Assembly (NCBI GenBank): GCA_028700115.1
Contig: JAQVTI010000008.1
Span: 1-32,000 of the forward strand
From: Candidatus Iainarchaeum sp.
GTDB lineage: Archaea; Iainarchaeota; Iainarchaeia; Iainarchaeales; CSSED10-239
Length of the DNA: 32,000 nucleotides
Reading direction: 5' to 3'
Shown: piece after piece, positions 24,858-31,501 of the stretch
How the letters are laid out: each line of letters opens with the position of its first letter
Position numbering within the stretch: position 1 is the first letter of the stretch
The notes under the pieces: model-generated
Seen by the model: the letters and a program-made list of their open reading frames with translations, nothing else
Told to the model about the DNA's origin: nothing
Database searches by the model: none
Made by a program: the position numbers and the translations under genes

Positions 24858-27374
24858 ATGAGTTTAGATTTTTCAAAAAATATAATTGTTGGAAGAAAAG
24901 AAAGTCATATTGAAAAATATGGAGAAAAAGCAACAGGGTATATTGGAAAAGTTGTAGTTTCTGGGGGAGAAGATCCTGTTTTAGGAAAAAAAATATTAAT
25001 GGATTTATCTAGATCACACGTAGCAATTATATGTGGAAAACGTGGTGGAGGGAAATGCCTTCATGAAGATACATTAATAACTTTAGATGATGGAAGAGAA
25101 ATAAAAATTAAAGAATTAGAAAAAAATAAAAATAAAGTTCTTTCAATAAATAAAAATTTAAATATAATTTCTAATAAAAAAGATGAATTTTTTAAAAGAA
25201 ATGTAAAAAGTATGCTTAATGTAAAATTAAGAAGTGGAAAAGAACTAAAATTAACAAAAGAACATCCTTTATTTACAATTAATGGATGGGAACCTATTAA
25301 TAAATTAAAGAAAGGATCTAGAATAGCAACACCTAGAATAATTAATAATTTTGGAAATAAAAAAATTACTTTAGAAGAAATAAAACTAATTGCATATTTA
25401 TTATCAGAAGGTAATTTATCTAATAATTTAGTATTATTTAATAATACTGATAAAAAAATAATAGATGATTTTAAAAAAAGTATAAAAAAATTTGATAAAA
25501 ATTTACTTATAAAAAAACATAGTGACTTTGATTTCAGAGTAATTAAATCAAAAAAAAGTAAAGAAAAAAGTAGTATTAGAAAATATTTAGATAAAATTAA
25601 AATTTACGGAAAATTAGCTCATGAAAAAGAAATTCCTTCACAAATATTTCAATTATCTAAAAAAGATTTAAGCTTATTTCTAAATAGAATGTTTAGTTGT
25701 AATGGATGCATATGCTATGATATAAATAAGAAAGCATGGAGTATAAATTATTCTACATCATCTAAAAAAATGTCATTTCAAATACAAAGTTTACTTTTAA
25801 AATTTGGAATATTATCAAAAATTAGAACTAAAAAAATAAAAAAAAGACTTAATTATGAAATAGTCATATTAAAACAAGATAATTATAAATATATTAAAGA
25901 AATTAATTTTTTTGGAAATAAAAAAGAAAAATCAAAAAATATAAAAATTAAAAAAAATAATAACCTAAATATAGATACAATTCCTAAAGAATTATGGAAT
26001 ACATATAAGATTAAAAACTTTACAAAAATAGGAAAACAATTTGGATATAAAGTACCTAAATCTTTTAGAACTTGTGTAAATTATTCTCCTTCAAGACAAG
26101 AACTTAACAAAATTGCAGATATTGAAAAAAATAAAAATTTAAAAAATTTAGCAAATTCAGATATATTCTGGGATGAAATAATAAATATTAAAGAAATTAA
26201 AGGAAATTTTACTGTTTATGATATAACTGTTCCAGAAACACATAATTTTATTGCAAATAATATTATAGTACACAATAGCTACACTATGTCTGTAATTATG
26301 GAAGAATTTGCAAAACAACCATTTGAAATAAAAGAAAGACTTTCTGCAATTATAATAGATACTGTTGGAATTTTTTGGACTATGAAATATGAAAATAAAG
26401 AACTCCCACAAGACTTATTAGATAAATGGGATTTAAAAGCAAAAGGAATTGAAATTAGAAATATGATTCCTTTTGGGAAAAAAAATTTTTATGAAAAAAA
26501 AGAAATACCTTTTGACCAACCTTTTTCAATTAAGACATCTCAAGTAGACTTAGAAGATTGGCTTGCTTTATTTAGGCTTACTTGGAAAGACCAAGAAAGT
26601 TCTCTTCTATCAAGATCAATTGAAGAGATTAGAAAAAAAGTAGGAAACTTATATGATATTGATGACATTATAACAATTTCTCAGAAAGATACAGAAACTA
26701 CAAAAGAAACAAAAGATTCTTTAATTGGTAGATTAAAAGTTGCAAAATCATGGGGGCTATTCTCAAAACAAGGAACAAGTATGAAAGATTTTGCAAGAGC
26801 AGGAACAATTACAACAATTGATGTTTCTACCTATAAACAAGCAATTGGAATGGAATCAATCCAAGAATTAATAGTTGGTCTTTTAGGAAAAAGATTATAT
26901 GAAGAAAGAATGCTTTATAGAAAAGAAGAAGAAAAAAATTTACTAATAGGTAAAAAAAAAGAAAGTGAAATGCCAATTGTTTGGATGATGATTGATGAAG
27001 CACATATGTTTATGCCTCAAGACAGACCAAGTATGGCACTAGATGTATTATTACAATGGATTAGAGTTGGAAGACAACCTGGACTTTCTTTACTTCTTGC
27101 AACCCAAAGACCAAACAAATTACACTCTGAAGCAATATCTCAATGTGATTTCTTTTTAAGTATGAGAATGACTGCTCAAGAAGATATACAAGCAGTTTCT
27201 GCAATTAGACCAAGTTATTTAAAAATTCCAATGGATAAATATTACGCACAAATGCCAAAAACACAAGGTTTTGCAATCTTAGTAGATGATAATTCTGAAA
27301 AAGTTATGATGCTTAAAATAAGACCTAGAATAACATGGGATGGAGGAAAAACTGCTAATGTTTTTTCTGATTAG
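24858..27374 (+). CDS. HerA/FtsK-superfamily (DUF87-like) P-loop ATPase precursor containing an intein
   Basis: The extein sequence reads ...HVAIICGKRGGGK|intein|SYTMSVIMEEF, so splicing restores the Walker A motif GKRGGGKS. Walker B is IVWMMIDEAHMF. A HerA-like sensor region reads LLLATQRPNKLHSEAISQCDFFLSMRMTAQEDIQAV. The mature protein would be ~431 aa. The track start GTG (24849) is a GTGAT SD, so I use the ATG at 24858. Confidence 0.8.
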   Translation: MSLDFSKNIIVGRKESHIEKYGEKATGYIGKVVVSGGEDPVLGKKILMDLSRSHVAIICGKRGGGKCLHEDTLITLDDGREIKIKELEKNKNKVLSINKNLNIISNKKDEFFKRNVKSMLNVKLRSGKELKLTKEHPLFTINGWEPINKLKKGSRIATPRIINNFGNKKITLEEIKLIAYLLSEGNLSNNLVLFNNTDKKIIDDFKKSIKKFDKNLLIKKHSDFDFRVIKSKKSKEKSSIRKYLDKIKIYGKLAHEKEIPSQIFQLSKKDLSLFLNRMFSCNGCICYDINKKAWSINYSTSSKKMSFQIQSLLLKFGILSKIRTKKIKKRLNYEIVILKQDNYKYIKEINFFGNKKEKSKNIKIKKNNNLNIDTIPKELWNTYKIKNFTKIGKQFGYKVPKSFRTCVNYSPSRQELNKIADIEKNKNLKNLANSDIFWDEIINIKEIKGNFTVYDITVPETHNFIANNIIVHNSYTMSVIMEEFAKQPFEIKERLSAIIIDTVGIFWTMKYENKELPQDLLDKWDLKAKGIEIRNMIPFGKKNFYEKKEIPFDQPFSIKTSQVDLEDWLALFRLTWKDQESSLLSRSIEEIRKKVGNLYDIDDIITISQKDTETTKETKDSLIGRLKVAKSWGLFSKQGTSMKDFARAGTITTIDVSTYKQAIGMESIQELIVGLLGKRLYEERMLYRKEEEKNLLIGKKKESEMPIVWMMIDEAHMFMPQDRPSMALDVLLQWIRVGRQPGLSLLLATQRPNKLHSEAISQCDFFLSMRMTAQEDIQAVSAIRPSYLKIPMDKYYAQMPKTQGFAILVDDNSEKVMMLKIRPRITWDGGKTANVFSD
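25056..26276 (+). mobile_element. 407-aa intein with a LAGLIDADG homing-endonuclease domain, inserted in the Walker A loop
   Basis: The Cys1 codon TGC is at 25056 (block A CLHEDTLITLDDG). Block B is LTKEHPL (TxxH). LAGLIDADG motif 1 is LIAYLLSEGN and motif 2 is LSLFLNRMFSCNGC. Block F is VYDITVPETHNFIANN and block G is IIVHN, ending at 26276. The +1 extein residue is Ser (AGC at 26277). The length is in frame: 1221 nt. Confidence 0.85.
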
Positions 27375-28893
27375 CTTTTTTTCTTTTTTTATAATTAGAA
27401 TGAATTTCAGAAATTAATTTTTCTACAATTTGTTTTTCTGAAGATTTAATATCTTCAATTAGTTTATTTAATTTATTATTTTTATTATTTCTATTATTTT
27501 TATGCTTTTTTCTATATTGCTTCAATAACTTTTTTTCCTCAGAAGATAAATAAAAGAAAAAATATTTTAAAGAATAAAAAACTGGTCTTTGAAATAAAAT
27601 TTTTTTATAAATATTTATTTTATTAAGATTAGGGTCTTCTATTCTTCTTGCAAAAAAGTATGCAATTAATCTAAAAAATGCAGATATAATTAAAACTAAA
27701 ATTAATGCATTTTTTTCATTAATACTAATTTTTTCAAAAAGACTAATTAAAAAAGAACCAAACAAGGTTCCTAAAAAAACAGCAGTAGATTGAACAATTG
27801 TAAAATATGCAGAATGATCCATTAAGTCTTCTTTTATATTTCTATAAAGATAATTTATAATAGATAAATTAAAACCAGATAAAACAACCCCACTAAAAAA
27901 TGAAGTTAAAATTAAAACCCAATAATAATTATAAAACAAAGCAGGAAGCAAAACAAATAAAGGTACAAACAAAGAACATGCTCTAAATATTTTTACATTT
28001 CCATATTTATCATTAATATAACCCCAATAAAATAAACTTAAAATACCTCCAAGAATATAAAATATTTTCCACCAAATATAATGAGAATAATTCATTTTTA
28101 AAGAAGTTAAATAAAAATAAGGTAAATAATAACTACCAATATAAAATCCAAAATAAAAAATTACTACAAAAATAAGATATTTTAAAAAGACTTTATCTTT
28201 AAAAATTTCTTTTTTAACAAAAGCTAAATCTCTTTTTGGAAAATTATCTAGTTCTTCTTTAAATTCTTTTTTTGTTTGTATTTGACTAATCTTATTTAAA
28301 TATCTTCCAGATATAAATCTAGAAAATCCAGCAAACATAAAAATTAAAGTAAATCCAATAAATGCTTCTGAATAACTTTCTAAAACATTTAATAAATATC
28401 CAGAAAAAATTAAAGGAATAAATGCAAAAAGTTCAATAATTAAATTTTTTCTTGCAAAAAGAGAGCCTATTCTCTCAACTGGAAAAACTCTTCTAATCCA
28501 ATCCATATATACTGGATGAACAACAATACCTAAAGTGTGAATTATTATATAAAATAAGATAGAAAGCCAAATTGTAACTTGATTATTAAAATAAATATAT
28601 AAAACAGATAATGGAAGCCATAAAAAAGCTTGAAGTGTTACAAAAAAAACAACAGCTTGTTTTTTTGAATCAAAATGTCTTAAAACCTGATAAGATAAAA
28701 GTGAAAAAAATGAACCTATAAAAATTGGAAGTGAACTTAAAAGCCCAACTTGAAAAGAATTTGCTCCTAAAGATATTACAAAAGGAACTAAAAAAGTTAG
28801 AGCAATTGAATTCATAAAAGACCAAAAAATAGAATCTTTTAAAGAATATTTAAAGTCTTTTCTAATTTGTCTTTCTGTATTTTTAAAAGTCAT
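27355..28893 (-). CDS. MFS-like multi-pass transporter with a long Lys/Asn-rich C-terminal tail
   Basis: About 12 hydrophobic helices in two halves are separated by a charged loop (KISQIQTKKEFKEELDNFPKRDLAFVKKE). The ~75-aa basic tail reads ...KQYRKKHKNNRNNKNNKLNK...KKRKKANQKKH. A GTGAAT SD lies upstream of the ATG at 28893. The 3' end overlaps the convergent ATPase gene by 20 nt. Confidence 0.55.
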   Translation of the reverse strand: MTFKNTERQIRKDFKYSLKDSIFWSFMNSIALTFLVPFVISLGANSFQVGLLSSLPIFIGSFFSLLSYQVLRHFDSKKQAVVFFVTLQAFLWLPLSVLYIYFNNQVTIWLSILFYIIIHTLGIVVHPVYMDWIRRVFPVERIGSLFARKNLIIELFAFIPLIFSGYLLNVLESYSEAFIGFTLIFMFAGFSRFISGRYLNKISQIQTKKEFKEELDNFPKRDLAFVKKEIFKDKVFLKYLIFVVIFYFGFYIGSYYLPYFYLTSLKMNYSHYIWWKIFYILGGILSLFYWGYINDKYGNVKIFRACSLFVPLFVLLPALFYNYYWVLILTSFFSGVVLSGFNLSIINYLYRNIKEDLMDHSAYFTIVQSTAVFLGTLFGSFLISLFEKISINEKNALILVLIISAFFRLIAYFFARRIEDPNLNKINIYKKILFQRPVFYSLKYFFFYLSSEEKKLLKQYRKKHKNNRNNKNNKLNKLIEDIKSSEKQIVEKLISEIHSNYKKRKKANQKKH

Positions 28894-28966
28894 AAGTATT
28901 CACAAATATTTTTTATAAAATATAAATACAAGAATAAGTTTATAAAGAAAACATATTTTATAAAAA

Positions 28967-29040
28967 TGCTCGAAGGGGGATTCGAACCCCCGTTATCAGA
29001 GTGAGAGTCTGATGTGATTACCGAGCTACACTATCCGAGC
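28967..29040 (-). tRNA. tRNA-Glu (anticodon CUC)
   Basis: Folded by hand from the minus strand: GCTCGGA-TA-GTGT...-TCAGA-CT CTC AC-TCTGA-TAAC-GGGGG-TTCGAAT-CCCCC-TTCGAGC-A. The acceptor stem has 7 bp with one G-U pair. No CCA is encoded. Confidence 0.9.
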
Positions 29041-29062
29041 AAAAAAATAAAAAGAAAAAAAC

Positions 29063-29386
29063 CTATTTAACAAACTCAATTGCAATAGGATATTTATATT
29101 TTTCTGAATTACTTGCTTTTACACAACCAATTATTAAAAACACAATATTAGCAATACCTATTAAAAATAAAAGTAAAGCACCAATTAATACTATTAATAA
29201 AAATATAGAAACTATTACTGCAATAGTAACTGTTATTTGAAAATTTAATGCTGTTTTTGCATGTTCTCTTGCAAATTTATTTTTTTTATCAATTACTAAA
29301 TAAATAATTAAAGGAGCAACAAAACCAGTAAATATTGCAAGTAAATGAGAAAGCATTGCCATATTTTTTTCATCAGAACTAACCAT
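29063..29386 (-). CDS. DUF4870-family small membrane protein
   Basis: EKNMAMLSHLLAIFTGFVAPLIIYLV..KKNKFAREHAKTALNFQIT...KYKYPIAIEFV follows the DUF4870 pattern: N-W/M-A-M-L-x-H-L, then PLI, then E-H-x-K-x-A-L-N-F-Q-I, then Y-x-Y-P. Confidence 0.75.
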   Translation of the reverse strand: MVSSDEKNMAMLSHLLAIFTGFVAPLIIYLVIDKKNKFAREHAKTALNFQITVTIAVIVSIFLLIVLIGALLLFLIGIANIVFLIIGCVKASNSEKYKYPIAIEFVK

Positions 29387-29417
29387 AATTTTCCCTCCAT
29401 TTTATAAATTATAAAAA

Positions 29418-29490
29418 TGCCTCGAGCCAGAGTCGGACTGGCGGTCTCCAGATTATGAGTCTGGCGCTTTAACCACTAAGCTACCGAGGC
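29418..29490 (-). tRNA. tRNA with anticodon CAU (elongator Met or Ile2; not initiator-like)
   Basis: Minus strand: GCCTCGG-TA-GCTT-AGTGGTTA-AAGC-G-CCAGA-CT CAT AA-TCTGG-AGACC-GCCAG-TCCGACT-CTGGC-TCGAGGC-A. Stems are good. It lacks the A1:U72 pair and the 3 G:C anticodon-stem pairs of archaeal initiators. The T-loop reads UCCGACU, with C rather than U at position 55. Confidence 0.85.
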
Positions 29491-29594
29491 AATAAATACA
29501 AATTTATTAAAAAAAGATTAAACTCTCACAATTTATATATATCTTTGAAACATTTTATTTATATAGCTTTCTCTATATCTTTAAAAAATAAAAA

Positions 29595-30257
29595 CTACCT
29601 AGTTTTTGTTATAATTTTATCTTGTTTTTCATCATAAATAAAAACTGTTTCAGCAAGACCTATAAACAAACCAGTCTCTAAAACTCCTGGTATATTTCTT
29701 ACAGAAGATTCAAAATCTTCTAAAGATATATTATGATCTAAAGTTAGTCTTGCTAGATAATGACCAATTTCGGTTTTTATAAAATCCCCATCTAAATCTT
29801 TAACAACTCTTGCAAGTCCATAACTTTGCAAATTTAAAACAGTTCTCTGCCAAGCAAAAGTACTTATTTCTAAATAGATATCAGTATCTAAATTTTCAAC
29901 TAAATCTTTTGTAGAAACAACAACTAAATTTAAAGCAGATTGAGCAATCATTTTATCTCTTATAAAAGAAAAAGTATCTTTTTTAATAAAATTAAAAAAA
30001 GAATCTACATGATCTACAAACTCAATTGCAAGATCAATCTCTTTATCATTTAAAGAAATCATATCTTGAGATAAATCATGTAAAATTTTTGCTTGTCTTG
30101 AAGAAGTAGGTACAAAATATACTTTTAAATCTAAATTTTTTACTTTTTCAACAATATATTCTAAAAATATTTTTTCTTTCTCAAAACCACCAACTGCTAT
30201 AATATTATTATTTTTTATAAGTTTTACAAAATTAATTGCAATTAGTTCTAAATTCAT
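29595..30257 (-). CDS. rpiA: Ribose-5-phosphate isomerase A family protein (divergent)
   Basis: It is colinear with RpiA. The C-terminal IPGVLETGLFIGLAETVFI corresponds to the RpiA PGVVxxGLF...A motif. FVDHVD corresponds to VDGADE and IKKDTFSFIRDK to IKGGGGALxREK. The N-terminal phosphate loop GxGTGST is replaced by VGGFEKE. Confidence 0.6.
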   Translation of the reverse strand: MNLELIAINFVKLIKNNNIIAVGGFEKEKIFLEYIVEKVKNLDLKVYFVPTSSRQAKILHDLSQDMISLNDKEIDLAIEFVDHVDSFFNFIKKDTFSFIRDKMIAQSALNLVVVSTKDLVENLDTDIYLEISTFAWQRTVLNLQSYGLARVVKDLDGDFIKTEIGHYLARLTLDHNISLEDFESSVRNIPGVLETGLFIGLAETVFIYDEKQDKIITKTR

Positions 30258-30343
30258 AATTATCTTCTTATTTTAATATATTTAAATAAAAATAATATAT
30301 ACTATAATATTTAAAAAAACATGTATTTTGTTAAAAGAAAGAG

Positions 30344-30352
30344 TTTATATTA
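30344..30352 (+). promoter_or_regulatory. TATA-box-like element upstream of the C/D box sRNA
   Basis: tttatatta is centred ~27 nt upstream of the sRNA 5' terminal stem (30375). The AT-rich background limits confidence. Confidence 0.35.
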
Positions 30353-30374
30353 TATTTGCACATAAGATATATTA

Positions 30375-30432
30375 GGCAATGATGATATTGAACACCTGCT
30401 GATTTCATGATGATAGATGGGCGGGCTGAGCC
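30375..30432 (+). ncRNA. Archaeal box C/D sRNA (2'-O-methylation guide)
   Basis: The terminal stem is GGC...GCC. The C box ATGATGA is at 30379..30385, followed by a 13-nt guide TATTGAACACCTG. The D' box CTGA is at 30399..30402, followed by a 4-nt spacer. The C' box ATGATGA is at 30407..30413, followed by a 12-nt guide TAGATGGGCGGG. The D box CTGA is at 30426..30429. All four boxes are perfect and the spacing is canonical. It forms a GC-rich island in an AT-rich intergenic region. Confidence 0.85.
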
Positions 30433-30454
30433 TTTAGAAATTATTTTAAAAAAA

Positions 30455-30646
30455 TTATTTTTTAGATTCGATTCTAGAAATTCTATTATTTAAAATTTCT
30501 ATTTTAGACTTTAAAACATCTAATTTTGCATCAGTTGAATTAAAAGGTAAAATTTTTTTTTCAAATTTTAAAACCCTATTTAAAATAATATTACCTATAA
30601 AAAAAGAAATTATTAAAATAAATAAAATAAGAACTAAAACATCCAT
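30455..30646 (-). CDS. Small membrane-anchored coiled-coil protein, hypothetical
   Basis: MDVLVLILFILIISFFIGNIIL is a TM helix. It is followed by the amphipathic KLDVLKSKIEILNNRISRIESKK. A GTGAT SD lies 4 nt upstream of the ATG at 30646, which is 21 nt after the stop of the upstream ORF. Confidence 0.45.
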   Translation of the reverse strand: MDVLVLILFILIISFFIGNIILNRVLKFEKKILPFNSTDAKLDVLKSKIEILNNRISRIESKK

Positions 30647-30667
30647 AAAAATCACAATTTTAAAAAA

Positions 30668-31501
30668 TTATACAATTTTAAAAACTCCTTTTCTTTTTTC
30701 AATAACAAGACAATCTTCTTTTAAAATTTCAATTAATATTTTAGAAATATCTTCAGAAATATTTAAATTAGAAATAACTTTTTCAATCCCAAATTCATTT
30801 TCAAAATTAGTTTTTAAAAAAAGGTCTTTAAGATCATTATATAAATCTACAGAAATAATATAATAATTAGAATCAAAAGATTTTAAACCAATTATTTCAT
30901 TGTTCTGAATTTGATTTTTATATTTATCTAAAAATATATTTACATCTTTTTGATTTTTAATAATTAAATAATTATTTTCTTTAAATTTATTTAAAATATC
31001 AACATCTAAATAATTATTTGAAATATTATTATCTAAAATATTTAATTTATCAAAATCAATTTTATATATTCCTTTTTTATATTTATCAGATAATTTAAAA
31101 ACATTAATTTCTTTATTTTTAAGCATTTCTTTAAAAACTTTTAAATCTTTAAAATTTAAAAATTTCTCAAAACTGCCTTCAACTTTATCTTTTGAGGTTA
31201 TATTTTTATCATTTAATAAATCAAATATTTTTTTTTTAATTGATTTATCTTCAAAAGAATCATTTTCTAAAATATCAGATTTTTTATAAGATTCTTTTTT
31301 AGAAAAATTATTATAAGTAGAATTATCTAAAATAACATCATTTGATAAACCATCTAAATTATTATCTAAAGAAACAATTGCTAAAACTTCTTTTGAAATT
31401 GGTTTTAAAACTAATTTTTTATTTATAAAATTAGAAAGTAAAAAACAATCATTTCCTTCTGGATTTAAAAAATAAATATTATCTTTTTTTATAATTTTCA
31501 T
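30668..31501 (-). CDS. Hypothetical protein with probable winged-helix segments (277 aa)
   Basis: The ORF's start overlaps the stop of the upstream ORF by 4 nt (ATGA). Two segments have a wHTH-like pattern: KKIFDLLNDKNITSKDKVEG...INVFKLSDKYKKGIYKI and IEKVISNLNISEDISKILIEILKEDCLVIEKRKGVFKIV. No family was recognised. Confidence 0.5.
   Translation of the reverse strand: MKIIKKDNIYFLNPEGNDCFLLSNFINKKLVLKPISKEVLAIVSLDNNLDGLSNDVILDNSTYNNFSKKESYKKSDILENDSFEDKSIKKKIFDLLNDKNITSKDKVEGSFEKFLNFKDLKVFKEMLKNKEINVFKLSDKYKKGIYKIDFDKLNILDNNISNNYLDVDILNKFKENNYLIIKNQKDVNIFLDKYKNQIQNNEIIGLKSFDSNYYIISVDLYNDLKDLFLKTNFENEFGIEKVISNLNISEDISKILIEILKEDCLVIEKRKGVFKIV

Noticed and set aside
26157-26411. 84-aa minus-strand ORF
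   Set aside because: It is antisense across the intein/extein junction of the ATPase gene and has no independent support.
28967-29490. Two tRNA genes flanking the DUF4870 gene as a possible integration hotspot or island boundary
   Set aside because: I saw no integrase, no duplicated tRNA 3'-end (att-like direct repeat) in the window, and no compositional change by eye.
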